A stretch of DNA of 64,000 nt from a virus (taxonomy: Duplodnaviria > Heunggongvirae > Uroviricota > Caudoviricetes): the IMG/VR virus record IMGVR_UViG_3300044929_000080; one strand, written 5' to 3'. The position numbers and the translations under genes are program-made. The stretch's first letter is position 1. Each line of letters opens with the position of its first letter. Of the stretch, positions 48,347 through 58,953 are shown piece by piece. Under the pieces are notes generated by a model, which had not been told where the DNA came from, made no database searches, and saw only the letters and a list, made by a program, of their open reading frames with translations.

Positions 48347-48885
48347 CAGTTCTGGGAAATATCGTCCTGAACTCCAACGAGCGCATCGTATTCCACACTA
48401 CAAGTGCCAGTTTTGATGCGTTTGACGAAGCCTACCTCGGCACTGGCGTGGACAACAACTCCGCGCTCGGTTTCTTTTTTTCGGACAATCCAGAAAACAT
48501 AATCCTGTACACAGACACAGATAGTCGTGTGCTAGTATCTGCTGTCCGCGTGGAGAAGCCATATGGTGAACTCTCCTATTACGAGTTGTTTGGCTATCAG
48601 GAAAACGGCGGCACGGTTACTTCCAAGGAGGACTTCGCATCGATGAGAGACAACCTCCTGATCCACGGATATGACTCCATTGAGTATGAAGACAATGAGG
48701 AAGCAATGCTGATAGCTCTTTCCGCATCTTCAATAAGGCCCCTCGCCTGGTTTTCAGTAGATCAGGCCACAGAGCTTGGCAAACAGATTGGAAGTTTAGC
48801 TGACCCGGAAGATGACAAAGCACGCCTAGTCTGCCTTCAGACCGTCTTGTCAGGATTGAACACAGATACCCCTTATCTACGTTAG
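48316..48885 (+). CDS. hypothetical acidic protein (189 aa)
   Basis: Overlaps upstream ORF by 31 nt; start may be an internal Met. Confidence 0.4.
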   Translation: MESSQQDATMTVLGNIVLNSNERIVFHTTSASFDAFDEAYLGTGVDNNSALGFFFSDNPENIILYTDTDSRVLVSAVRVEKPYGELSYYELFGYQENGGTVTSKEDFASMRDNLLIHGYDSIEYEDNEEAMLIALSASSIRPLAWFSVDQATELGKQIGSLADPEDDKARLVCLQTVLSGLNTDTPYLR

Positions 48886-49304
48886 CGGCGATAGCCGCGA
48901 GAGAGGACACTATGGAGGCGCGTGTGGAGCGGCTCGGGACCGATAGTGATCATTTGCTCAGATAGACGTGCACTCGTATACCTCTGCCGTACAATTTTAT
49001 CGGAGCAAGTCGTAACGGGGTCAGGTAGACTAACTTCATATAAACTGTTCCCAACCTTCACGACGTATTGTTGCGCGACCTGATCAAATGTGATTGCATC
49101 TTCTTTCAAAGAGGGAACCTTTAAATTATTTCGGAAAATCTTATTCAATAGAAATTCATTGAAAAATCCTGATTGATCGCGTTGATATAAACAAGCCTCT
49201 CCCTTAATTAGAAAGGTATTCGCGCATCTACCTTTGACGCGACCAATTTCGCCGCGCTCAATACGTGGCAATTTTGCAGAAATATACATAACGAAATTCT
49301 CCAA
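48882..49304 (-). CDS. hypothetical protein (140 aa)
   Basis: Convergent ORF, 4-nt overlap with upstream + gene. Confidence 0.4.
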   Translation of the reverse strand: MENFVMYISAKLPRIERGEIGRVKGRCANTFLIKGEACLYQRDQSGFFNEFLLNKIFRNNLKVPSLKEDAITFDQVAQQYVVKVGNSLYEVSLPDPVTTCSDKIVRQRYTSARLSEQMITIGPEPLHTRLHSVLSRGYRR

Positions 49305-49393
49305 AAATGATCCATGAAATTACATTGGATAAATACGCTATTACCAGAAATATTCAAATAAATAATTGAGTGCTATTGTAAAATATTGACTTA

Positions 49394-49657
49394 TTAATAT
49401 CGGCACAATTCGCCCTCGCCGCGCTGGTTAAGAGCTGCCATTATGTCATAAATACAAAACCCATCCACCTCATCAAGGCAGAATTCAGAGGCTTCAAACT
49501 GGATCCAAAGATTTATAATATATTCAGTTGGGTGCTTTTCAAATATTTCACGAACACGGGACTGATAAGTATTTCTGCGATTTTCTTCAGCGCGCTCTTT
49601 TTTTATTCGCGCGCCTTCCGCCAACATCTTTACAAACTCTTCAATCACTTTTTCCAT
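49394..49657 (-). CDS. small hypothetical protein (87 aa)
   Basis: ORF upstream of 536-aa gene on same strand. Confidence 0.3.
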   Translation of the reverse strand: MEKVIEEFVKMLAEGARIKKERAEENRRNTYQSRVREIFEKHPTEYIINLWIQFEASEFCLDEVDGFCIYDIMAALNQRGEGELCRY

Positions 49658-49699
49658 AAATATACCTGATTAATCATACTTCAAAGTACGATAATCGTT

Positions 49700-51310
49700 T
49701 TAGATGGAAAATACCATGTCAACCTCTTCAGTTTCGTTATCAATTGGATTCAATGAGACTTCAGCACTGTAGCCTATATTTACATTCCCCAATTTCGACT
49801 GCATAAATTTTCTGATGTCAAACTTAAGTTCATCTGCTTTTCCCATTGTAATTAAGGCCGTTTCAATAATTTCTTCCTTAATGCCCTCGGAGATTGCAAT
49901 TTTTAGAATTGCTTCGTCATACGACATGTTGAAGCGTTCAATAGTCCGCCCAGTGAGCTTCCCATATATTTCTTTTTCCGGATACCAGAGAATAGCCTGC
50001 AAATCTGCCGCACTCATCTCGTAACCATAGTTTTTTAGCTTTTGAATTGATTTTGTTACTACATTCCCAATCCATCTTCTCATAGTACCATTTTTAGGCA
50101 TATCTACTGGCATACCCAGTGACCCAACAATTGAATCAGCAGCACCTGGCCAACCTAACTTTGATTTAAACTCGGAAGCTTCGACATTTGATGGGCGTTC
50201 TTTTCTAGGGACCGATAATGTTGCATAAGAATTGGAAATTTTACCTTCAACATACCGACGCCTAATCTTTTCCCAACCAAGTTTTAACTTGCGGCAATAA
50301 TCTAAAAGAGCGGGTGCGTCCATTTCATCGATTTCACGACTTGTGCGAGCAAGACCTTCCTTTTCAAGAAGCCCCTTCATTCGCACGCTTTCCATGGATT
50401 TCTTCATTCCTTTCAACAATCGCTCATGGGCATCACCTGAGATTTCATCACGGATAAGAGTCCCAGTGTATCGGCCCCACATGCGCATAAACCAGAGATC
50501 AACCGTTACAGGTTCATGATTTCCCATCAGATTCTGAAAGAATCCATTCCCAACCTTCGGTCCAAATAACATGCTTCCATAAACAATCTCATCAGCAAGC
50601 ACCCTGCCGCCAATTTCTATTCCATGTTTCCTTCCAATTTTCTGCAATTGGCTCATCGTCAACTTCATTGTCAAAAGTTTCCTGAGACGGGTAAGATCAC
50701 CTCCAGCACGCGACAATATAAAATTGAAACGTGCGAGGTTGCTTTCGATGGCGGCACCATTCGCACCGTACCCCTTTGGCTTAAAATTTCCAGTCGTAAG
50801 AAAATGGCGATATTGTTCAAGAGCATACTTCATGTTGTCTTGGACATTAATATTTTGAGATGTGATGGCCATTGCAGCGAAAAGAACGGTTCGTGCTTCA
50901 TTCCTATTTTTGAAGAGATTTGATGGATGCCGACTGGCTTCATCGTCCGAGCCAATTTCGGGATGTATTGTCGATGCAATAACCACCATTCGATCAATGG
51001 CATCTGTATACCAATTACATGAAGTAACAACATCTTCTCGATTGAGAGCGAATAATGCTTCTGAGACCATCATGTCCGACAAGACTTCATCGTTTTCAGG
51101 AGTGGACTCTGTAATAGCTTTACCGTCTAAATCCTGAAGAGCACTTTCCATCAAAAAACGAGCCGCTGCTGAATTATCAGGGAACGAATAATCACTCGTT
51201 TCGTCGACGATAGTTCCTATGTAGACACTTGGTAAAGGCAAACGAATTTCACTAAAGTTCCAATTTTTTTCCGCATTTGAAGGCATATAATTATTTCCAA
51301 AAGTCAGCAC
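49700..51310 (-). CDS. large hypothetical protein (536 aa)
   Basis: Long ORF, soluble, no motif recognised. Confidence 0.55.
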   Translation of the reverse strand: MLTFGNNYMPSNAEKNWNFSEIRLPLPSVYIGTIVDETSDYSFPDNSAAARFLMESALQDLDGKAITESTPENDEVLSDMMVSEALFALNREDVVTSCNWYTDAIDRMVVIASTIHPEIGSDDEASRHPSNLFKNRNEARTVLFAAMAITSQNINVQDNMKYALEQYRHFLTTGNFKPKGYGANGAAIESNLARFNFILSRAGGDLTRLRKLLTMKLTMSQLQKIGRKHGIEIGGRVLADEIVYGSMLFGPKVGNGFFQNLMGNHEPVTVDLWFMRMWGRYTGTLIRDEISGDAHERLLKGMKKSMESVRMKGLLEKEGLARTSREIDEMDAPALLDYCRKLKLGWEKIRRRYVEGKISNSYATLSVPRKERPSNVEASEFKSKLGWPGAADSIVGSLGMPVDMPKNGTMRRWIGNVVTKSIQKLKNYGYEMSAADLQAILWYPEKEIYGKLTGRTIERFNMSYDEAILKIAISEGIKEEIIETALITMGKADELKFDIRKFMQSKLGNVNIGYSAEVSLNPIDNETEEVDMVFSI

Positions 51311-51434
51311 TCATTAAAAATGCTGACATATCGGCATGCATAATACGACCGTTAAATGTTGTAATTTTCTATATATAAGTGGCAAAAGCGCCCATCACAA
51401 TTTACATAGTTTAAGGACGCTTTTCCGTAGGAAA

Positions 51435-52016
51435 TTAGATTTTTGGAGCTGCAAGCCTCGGTACCCAATCAGGCATCTCGTCAGCAATATGCAAATCCCA
51501 ATCAAGTGGATTATTGAGTGCACCTTCATTCGCGTTCTTCAAGTGATCCTCAACGTCTGCATTCACGTCATCAGAGCCTGGTACAAAATATTGGCCGTCC
51601 TGATTAAATCCGCCTGGGATTTCACAATATACGAGACGCTCCTCTTCACGATCATATACAAATCGAATTTCGCTGTCGTTTTTCCCATCGAGGATATGTG
51701 TCCAGGAACCGTTTTCGCCTTCAGCGATAACATATCTTGCTCCAGTTAGACCTTCAGCATCCATAAAGCTATCCAGCTCCCCCTTATTGATTTCGACGGT
51801 AAATGGCCCGTCATGATCAGGTTGGAAGCCAACGAGGTTTACCATGAAATCCAGATCGCTGGAATGGCGACCAACCTTGTGCAGAAGAATTTCTCGATCC
51901 ACTCCAGACATCTTGCGAACTGCATCTGAAATGTTGAATTCCCAGTTATCTCCAGTAGGAATAGCATGATCATTGATCCACGCCTCTGCACGATAGTTTG
52001 CTTTCAGTTCCGCCAT
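51435..52016 (-). CDS. hypothetical acidic protein (193 aa)
   Basis: ORF in minus-strand array. Confidence 0.45.
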   Translation of the reverse strand: MAELKANYRAEAWINDHAIPTGDNWEFNISDAVRKMSGVDREILLHKVGRHSSDLDFMVNLVGFQPDHDGPFTVEINKGELDSFMDAEGLTGARYVIAEGENGSWTHILDGKNDSEIRFVYDREEERLVYCEIPGGFNQDGQYFVPGSDDVNADVEDHLKNANEGALNNPLDWDLHIADEMPDWVPRLAAPKI

Positions 52017-52144
52017 CTAAAACTCCTGAAGTGATGCAGTACATAGACATGGTCTATCAGCTGTTTGCGCAACGAACAAATTCCACAAAACAAAATCAAG
52101 TAGTCTTGTTAAAACAGTACAAGACCACTTGATTTACGGAAAAT

Positions 52145-53176
52145 TTAAGCGCTTCTCATTGCATTTGACACTACTTCTGCGTGCATCCAATGGTTCTCTG
52201 TAGAAACGTGGTTTGAACGCACCCATTTGAAGAATGAACGCTGAAAATCGCTGTAACGGATCGGACCAGCAAGCCGTCCGACAAAGCCTTCACATACTGT
52301 CGTGTCGATATCCTTGGCCAACTTTTCCAAAACTTTCAGTTCAAAAGGCCCGTCAAAGAGAACCTTAACTGGGGTTACACCCAGAAGATCAAACCATTCG
52401 ATGGTTTGATCCCAATCGAGGCAGACATTATGATCATTCCATACAGAGAAACCATAAAAGTAACTTTCAAGATCCTCGTAACGGATAGAATGCTGAGCAA
52501 ACATATTCTCACCGCAAACACGCCAGCCCTCTGGAATGTCATGCGCAATTGTTGACCAGAAACGCTTTAGCCAATCACGGCTTGGATGACTGCGACCATC
52601 GATGCTGCGAGCATGCATGTAATCTGAATACAGACTTGAATTCTCGCCATCCATCTTGATGCTCACAATGACACGTTTGCCGAGCAAGTGAGACCAATCT
52701 GCGATTACCTTGTCATCGGACGTCACACATGCAGAGAAAGGCAGATGTGGCGTGCGTGGATATTTATAGTAGCGTAAGTAGCGGTCGAGCATATTGCCCG
52801 TCTTCAAAACCTTTTGAACGCCTTCTTCATGAAACAGTTCCCCACGAAGACGCATACCATTGGACAGGACAACTCCGCCCCACTTTTCGTAAACCGTATC
52901 CTCGTCGAAATGAGGAGGAATGACTGGTTTCGAAATACCGCACTTTTCTCGCAAAGTTTCTACTGAGATTTCAGTCGTTTCGCATTGATAATGGTGTTCA
53001 TTGCAAACTGAAGCTCCATTATCGAGATAGTAGCCACCATCCGGAAATAATCTACGCTCAAGAATATGATGAGGGTCAGCCGCAGGTGCGCCGCAGATAA
53101 CACATTTATGATTATCTCGTTCAAAAACGTATTTCTTGAAATCTTTTCTGCTAAGAAGACCTTTTGGGGCAGACAT
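52145..53176 (-). CDS. HNH endonuclease - ATP-dependent polynucleotide (RNA/DNA) ligase fusion protein
   Basis: N-terminal HNH: CVICGAPAADPHHILERRLFPDGGYYLDNGASVCNEHH. Ligase nucleotidyltransferase motifs I KMDGEN, III VCGENMF, IV CEGFVGR, V FKWVR. Confidence 0.7.
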   Translation of the reverse strand: MSAPKGLLSRKDFKKYVFERDNHKCVICGAPAADPHHILERRLFPDGGYYLDNGASVCNEHHYQCETTEISVETLREKCGISKPVIPPHFDEDTVYEKWGGVVLSNGMRLRGELFHEEGVQKVLKTGNMLDRYLRYYKYPRTPHLPFSACVTSDDKVIADWSHLLGKRVIVSIKMDGENSSLYSDYMHARSIDGRSHPSRDWLKRFWSTIAHDIPEGWRVCGENMFAQHSIRYEDLESYFYGFSVWNDHNVCLDWDQTIEWFDLLGVTPVKVLFDGPFELKVLEKLAKDIDTTVCEGFVGRLAGPIRYSDFQRSFFKWVRSNHVSTENHWMHAEVVSNAMRSA

Positions 53177-53566
53177 TTTATTACTCTCCTTGGAGGCCTG
53201 TTAATGGCAGAGATATAGTAAAAAATCAATAATATTAATTAAGATTTTGTCGGGATAATATCCTGCCGTGATGCGCCCATAGCCCTCGGGACTATTTTCA
53301 GAAATTTATTTTAAAATTATCACTTGATTTTTATTTCTGAGCGCATCATCTTTAAATCACAGCAGACACGAAAGGAATAAACGATGTCGTAGCTCTTCTA
53401 AACGGGACGTCCGCACGGCTAAGGCCGAAACCCATAACAGCAAATCGAGTGCAGCCTTTTATGGTATAGCACCAAAGGTTCCTCCCTAGTTCCTGTTCTC
53501 GGAATTGAAATTCAAACCGAAGACAATATGGCCCAACAAACAAATGGCCAAAAAAGGAACATAATC

Positions 53567-53923
53567 ATGGAACCAAATACTCTCAACACAGAATCCCTGA
53601 ACAAGTTTATCAAACTCGCTCGCACACATAAGCGTGACGAAGAGATCGTTGATACGATTGCTGATAGCATTGGCGTACTTGAACGTAACGCTTATCTGGC
53701 ATTGGTCTCCGAATGGAAACAGACCTTTAAGGTACTATCGAACGACATTCGTGAAGCCAAGCTCATGCGAAAGACCGCTGACACCGAAACTGAACGCAAT
53801 CAGTGGAACTTCACACGCTGGCAGCTCCGTTGGAAAGCTCATTTCATGATGACTGCTCGGCTAGGCATCAAGCAGGTGGCCCGCAGGCATTGGGAAGCGA
53901 AGATCGCAAACGTCGCTGCTTAA
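53567..53923 (+). CDS. small hypothetical basic protein
   Basis: AAGGAAC RBS upstream of internal ATG (MEPNTLN...); track ORF starts 53528. Confidence 0.35.
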   Translation: MEPNTLNTESLNKFIKLARTHKRDEEIVDTIADSIGVLERNAYLALVSEWKQTFKVLSNDIREAKLMRKTADTETERNQWNFTRWQLRWKAHFMMTARLGIKQVARRHWEAKIANVAA

Positions 53924-53987
53924 GCGAACATGCGTCCAGGGGGATCGCTGTAGCAGCGACCCCCGATAGCCATCCAGGAGAGATAGA

Positions 53988-54341
53988 TTGAGTTCAGAAA
54001 CAACGGCCTATTTTGAAGTGCGTTACACGTACTACATGTTCAACAGTGGGGCAGCTGATAATGGATATTACACAAGCAGCATCAGAAAAAACACGGCTGA
54101 GGAAGCGATTGAATTAGCGGATAAAATTGAAAAACACGCTATCCATCACCGATTTCACCATGCCTCACATCATGATCGTCCATTGGAGAAAACCTACGAT
54201 CCAAGCGGCTATACGGAAGACAATGAGGACGAATCTCGCCTATTGATCGAAGACCTCATTCCTAATGATGGCTATTTCATTTCAGCGAAAGCGTATGAAA
54301 CATTGGTTCAGCGAACTCCGTTGAACCTCACACCAGAATAA
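53988..54341 (+). CDS. small hypothetical protein, His-rich (117 aa)
   Basis: ORF with HHRFHHASHH stretch. Confidence 0.35.
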   Translation: MSSETTAYFEVRYTYYMFNSGAADNGYYTSSIRKNTAEEAIELADKIEKHAIHHRFHHASHHDRPLEKTYDPSGYTEDNEDESRLLIEDLIPNDGYFISAKAYETLVQRTPLNLTPE

Positions 54342-54402
54342 ATGGCAGAACTTGTAATTAGTTCAACACCGTGGCCATCATCGAGAAGGCACAGCGAACC
54401 AG

Positions 54403-55380
54403 TTAGCCTTCTCGATGATGTAAAAGTTCCCATTTTATTGTACCTCCAATTTTTTGGGTCGTTTCATAAAAAGCCATAACAATTTTAATCTGGCTCACGC
54501 GCTCATCCACTTCGGCATAATCGGCCCAATGATTGGTATGCGCAAATCGCTCGCCATCAGCAGTGCAAAATACGAACCGTCCGGGATTTTTACTAGGTAA
54601 CTTCATATCGGCAATTGCAGAGCGATTAAAACCATTCACCTTTATATCGTTTAACTGTTTAACGGCCTCCTTTGCAATTAGGTTTGAAACAGTGATTTGA
54701 AGTTTTTCGCCTCCATTCCCAAGTTCCAAATATGAAATAAGCAGGAGATAGATTGCAAGGCCAACCGTGAACCACCAACCTGCATAAGCCGAATAACTTC
54801 CAATCACTAGTACCCCGATAACAGATACATACAGCGTAAATCGTTTTTCGTTCACTTTATTTAAAAATGAACTAAACACCGCACGCATAATTTGTCCGCC
54901 ATCTAACGGATATATGGGGAGCATATTAAAAATGAACAAAACTGCATTGACCGCGAAAGTCACAATTAAGAAACCATCTAATGTAAAAATGTGATCATCA
55001 TAAGCAACTGGTCTGGTAGCGTAGAGAACTGACAATGAAAGAAGTGTAATAACAGCATTAACAATGGGACCAGATATTGAAATAAAAAAACGTGCTGATG
55101 GTTTATCTATTGGGGAGGCAAAGTTCGCTGCGCCACCGATACAGCTCAATGAAATTGATGTTGTGATTATTCCGAATTTCTTAGCTGCAATTACATGGCC
55201 AATTTCATGTAAAAATACCGAAAAGAAAACAATCCCCCACCAGACAACACGTTCCAGAGCGCCATCAACTCCACCTTTGTTATACCCGTAGAAGCCAAAT
55301 CCGAACAATAAGGCAATCAGCGACCAATGAACGGTGATTGGAATTCCAAAAAAATTACCCACATTATGTGATCGAAACAT
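54403..55380 (-). CDS. M50 family site-2 protease-like intramembrane metalloprotease
   Basis: HExxH in TM helix (FLHEIGHVIAAKKFG) plus LDGG motif (PIYPLDGGQIMRAVF); polytopic. Confidence 0.85.
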   Translation of the reverse strand: MFRSHNVGNFFGIPITVHWSLIALLFGFGFYGYNKGGVDGALERVVWWGIVFFSVFLHEIGHVIAAKKFGIITTSISLSCIGGAANFASPIDKPSARFFISISGPIVNAVITLLSLSVLYATRPVAYDDHIFTLDGFLIVTFAVNAVLFIFNMLPIYPLDGGQIMRAVFSSFLNKVNEKRFTLYVSVIGVLVIGSYSAYAGWWFTVGLAIYLLLISYLELGNGGEKLQITVSNLIAKEAVKQLNDIKVNGFNRSAIADMKLPSKNPGRFVFCTADGERFAHTNHWADYAEVDERVSQIKIVMAFYETTQKIGGTIKWELLHHREG

Positions 55381-55564
55381 TTAAACCTCTTATTTTGGCA
55401 CGTAATTATACCATTATTCCTTTTTAATCAACTATGGTTTACGCAATTAACAATCTATCGATGAATTCGATTTTGCTGACGATTACAACGTTGGCAACCA
55501 TTACGCGTTTGTTGATTGCTATTAAAAATTATAAATTCTTGATAAGCATTTTTGAGGACTAAAA

Positions 55565-55879
55565 ATGGAAGCCATTGAATTTGGAAAAAACTATCGTGTA
55601 ACTGTTCGAGTAGATGAACTTTTGGCCTTCGCCCGTAGATGGCCATGTCACAACTTCGATCTTGATGCTGAATACGTCTTCGAATTTGATGCTAATAATG
55701 GCGATTTGGTTGACGTAGATAAGTATATCGACGGCAAATACACTGTGCCAGAGGAAACAGAAGACGGCCCTGAATTTGTTGCCCTGTCTGAAGATGCATG
55801 TGAATTTGGCGCTCGCGAACTCGGCCTATCAAGCGTTCTAGAAATCCGATTTGGTGAAAAATCAGGCCCTCGCCCTTAA
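55565..55879 (+). CDS. small hypothetical acidic protein (104 aa)
   Basis: ORF in intergenic-like region. Confidence 0.35.
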   Translation: MEAIEFGKNYRVTVRVDELLAFARRWPCHNFDLDAEYVFEFDANNGDLVDVDKYIDGKYTVPEETEDGPEFVALSEDACEFGARELGLSSVLEIRFGEKSGPRP

Positions 55880-55960
55880 ACAGAGAGACGACAGATAGTC
55901 ATAAGAAAAGCGCCTCATGGGCGCTTTTCTTATGACCAAGGCATCTTTGATCTGCCAGAA

Positions 55961-56515
55961 CTACATCTTCATCAATGCCTCATGCATGACTGGTTCCATT
56001 CTTGTCGGCCCATTGATAACCACCTCTCCGTCGAAGCCATTGAGAAAGGCTTTCAAATCGATATCTGATTCAATGACAATCTCACGAATTTCAAACCGAG
56101 ATAGGAAGTCGTCTGCCAGTCCAGATAAGACCTTTTTCATTCGGCCAAGTCTCAGATAAGTCTCGACTGTTGCGATATCTCCTTGGACGTCAGACAAGAA
56201 CCTCGAACGTACTGACGCGCCTGTCGGACCCCAAATAGCCTGCTCGCGTAGCCATCCTTCAAATTTAAGAACCATATCCTTACAGTCCACAACGAGCATT
56301 ACGCTAGCCGTTTCCAACGGTTCAATTTCAAATAGATGGTCGTCATCACGAGCGTAATCAGATGCCTGTTCTTTCGACGTTGACGCAAAAGAACAGCTGT
56401 CACCATAACGCTTTGTTTGGAAGCCAAGTGCCTGCAATCGCTCAGACAGCAACTTATCAAGAAGCGGGACGCGAGGATGATAGTCGGACCCCTTACCGTG
56501 ATAGAGTGCTGTCAT
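55961..56515 (-). CDS. hypothetical protein (184 aa)
   Basis: 8-nt spacing to upstream phosphoesterase gene on same strand. Confidence 0.4.
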   Translation of the reverse strand: MTALYHGKGSDYHPRVPLLDKLLSERLQALGFQTKRYGDSCSFASTSKEQASDYARDDDHLFEIEPLETASVMLVVDCKDMVLKFEGWLREQAIWGPTGASVRSRFLSDVQGDIATVETYLRLGRMKKVLSGLADDFLSRFEIREIVIESDIDLKAFLNGFDGEVVINGPTRMEPVMHEALMKM

Positions 56516-56522
56516 TTCAACC

Positions 56523-57293
56523 TCAATTGATGATTGTCGAAGGCCTCAGATTCCGCAAGTCAAGAACTAGGCTTTCGACGTATTCAGAATTTTCACCAAA
56601 ATAGCCTCGGCTATTGCAAATCACACGGGAATTCCCGACGACATAGTCATGATTTGAGTGAACAGCTCCATGCACCCAAAGGTCGGGAGCCGAAAATCCG
56701 TCGAGAAGAGAAGACAGATCGGTCGTAAAGCACGCATTATGGGGTGAACCATCGTAACGTGAATGAACAGAGTTACGATGAGGCGTATGATGCGTAACAA
56801 CAATTTTAGTACCGCTAAACGGCTCAGCCAGCTTGCTCCCGATAAACGAACGAGCCTTCTTGTGCTCTTCCAGCTGTCTCGATGGAGACCAGTTAGCAAT
56901 CATAACATTATCCGCTAGGAAGTTAGCCTGCACGAGTTCTTCTGCACGTTCTGAACCATCGAGTTGAAAGTCCGTCCACAGCGTGGAGCCGATGAAACGA
57001 ACACCATTGATGTCGTATGTGTCGTTAATCAGAAGGCGTACACCATTCTTTTCAGCCGCCTTGAGCGCTAGTTCGTTCGCTTTATCAAAACTCGTCCCGT
57101 AGTAGTCGCGATTACCGGGGACATAAATAACAGGCATCTTTTCAGCCAAATCCGACAAAGCGACCACAGATGACACCAGATTAGGTGAATGGTCACCTGC
57201 TACAATTGCGATATCTGCATCAATGTGATCACAGAAATCTGTTATACGGTCCCAGAAATCACATTGATGATCCGAAAAAATGAATGCTTTCAT
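56523..57293 (-). CDS. calcineurin-like metallophosphoesterase (third copy)
   Basis: Motifs FSDHQCD (DxH), IVAGDHSPN (GDxx), VPGNRDYY (GNxD). Confidence 0.7.
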   Translation of the reverse strand: MKAFIFSDHQCDFWDRITDFCDHIDADIAIVAGDHSPNLVSSVVALSDLAEKMPVIYVPGNRDYYGTSFDKANELALKAAEKNGVRLLINDTYDINGVRFIGSTLWTDFQLDGSERAEELVQANFLADNVMIANWSPSRQLEEHKKARSFIGSKLAEPFSGTKIVVTHHTPHRNSVHSRYDGSPHNACFTTDLSSLLDGFSAPDLWVHGAVHSNHDYVVGNSRVICNSRGYFGENSEYVESLVLDLRNLRPSTIIN

Positions 57294-57416
57294 AACTAGC
57301 CTTTCCTCAATCTCATATAAGAGATTATTTTCATCATCTTTTAGATATACTTAAAAATTAAGTCAACAATTATTGCATTATTATGCAAATATATATGCGG
57401 TATGAGTATCCATGTA

Positions 57417-58019
57417 TTATCTTTTTATAAGACCTTCTTTTTCGAGGATATCACTCGCTTCAGCATCAACAATTAAAACATCCAAGAAATAACTGTAATC
57501 ATCTTTGCTAATTTGACCATCGTTGGTAGCGCGATGTACTACCGACACAATACCATTGTCTGCAAACCTCGCATCCCAATCCTTTATGTGTTCTTTGAAT
57601 ACGCCATACCAGTCAGGTGTTGATGTTTTGGGTAAATTGAGCTTCTCCGTTAGTAACACGGAGGCCACCTTAAAATCCTGGACCTGATCATCCACGGTCA
57701 ACAAACGCCAGCCAAGACGGTTGTAAATCTGCTGAATTGTATTCTTATAGGGATCGGTCTGATCGAACAGCTCCCCTTTTACAAAATCCATGTAGTAATC
57801 AATGTAGTCCTCGCCTTCATTCCGCAATTCTGCAATGAGACCACCTGCATAACGCCATGAACACGAAAAACGTTGTCTGTCATCATTAATGTAAACTTCA
57901 TTGCAGAAGCTCTGATAAGCCGCGCAGGCAAAAATCTCATCTTTCAACAAGGCGAGGAATTCAGTATCATTTCTTAACGCCTCTTCCATATTCATGGCAA
58001 ACTCCTCGTTCAAAGACAA
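57417..58019 (-). CDS. hypothetical protein (200 aa)
   Basis: ORF preceded by AT-rich promoter-like spacer. Confidence 0.45.
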   Translation of the reverse strand: MSLNEEFAMNMEEALRNDTEFLALLKDEIFACAAYQSFCNEVYINDDRQRFSCSWRYAGGLIAELRNEGEDYIDYYMDFVKGELFDQTDPYKNTIQQIYNRLGWRLLTVDDQVQDFKVASVLLTEKLNLPKTSTPDWYGVFKEHIKDWDARFADNGIVSVVHRATNDGQISKDDYSYFLDVLIVDAEASDILEKEGLIKR

Positions 58020-58212
58020 CGAACAAATTCTCGCTATTTTTGGTTTACAATAATATTGTTATTCTGTAAATCCATACAGCAAATGGATTTGGCCAACCTA
58101 TCGAGTTATTTTCATATTAAAGCGGATTAAATATTTTTATTAATGCCAAATAATTAGCATCTATATTTTCTATATTTTATGATAAAACCAAAATTATCAC
58201 AGGAGTAGACGC

Positions 58213-58521
58213 ATGAAAAAATATGTATCTGAAAACACACTGAAAAAGCTCCTAAACAATTTAAAGAGCGACGGTCAAATTGACCGTGGTTCTGTAATCC
58301 AGATTTTGGAAAGCCTTGATGCAGAGCGTGTCATGCTCAGATCAATGGATCGCGAAGCTGCTACTCATGTGGAAACTGTTATCTGTATGCGCACTGATTT
58401 TGACGGTGATAAGGAAACAGGATGGAAAGGACTCGGTGCTGCTTTAAGTCGCGCACTTGATGAACGTGACCATTTGCGGAAAATTGCTTCCGCAAATGGT
58501 CAGACTGGTGTCGATTCATAG
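58213..58521 (+). CDS. small hypothetical protein (102 aa)
   Basis: AGGAG RBS (cacaggagtagacgcATG). Confidence 0.4.
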   Translation: MKKYVSENTLKKLLNNLKSDGQIDRGSVIQILESLDAERVMLRSMDREAATHVETVICMRTDFDGDKETGWKGLGAALSRALDERDHLRKIASANGQTGVDS

Positions 58522-58548
58522 ACACCACATCCATAGAGTATCGACTAC

Positions 58549-58887
58549 TTAGGGACGAAACGAACTATCGTCATTGAAATCGTCGCCATCAGTGGTATCT
58601 GATTCAAACTCCGCTCTATCCAGCCAAAGAACAGAATCCCACTCACCTGACTGCAATTCTTGCTCTGTAATAGGATTTTCTGACAGTACAAATCCTATTC
58701 GATCCACCAGATGGAAACCTGGACGAAGATACTGATTTTCGTTTTCGGTCTCAATAACAGTCCACACAGAAAGAGGATCAGCAGCCTTCACCTTTTCCAA
58801 GTCATCGCCATACGTTTCATATAACGATGTCCCATTGTTTTCTATAACATCTCCGAACCTATCATTCCATTGGTCTTCATTCTTCAT
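58549..58887 (-). CDS. small acidic hypothetical protein (112 aa)
   Basis: ORF downstream of HD-Pnk gene, same strand. Confidence 0.35.
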   Translation of the reverse strand: MKNEDQWNDRFGDVIENNGTSLYETYGDDLEKVKAADPLSVWTVIETENENQYLRPGFHLVDRIGFVLSENPITEQELQSGEWDSVLWLDRAEFESDTTDGDDFNDDSSFRP

Positions 58888-58953
58888 GATTTTGTCTCTC
58901 TGTAGTTTAAGATGTCATAATATGCGCGTCGAAAACAAACAGCAAATTAGATT

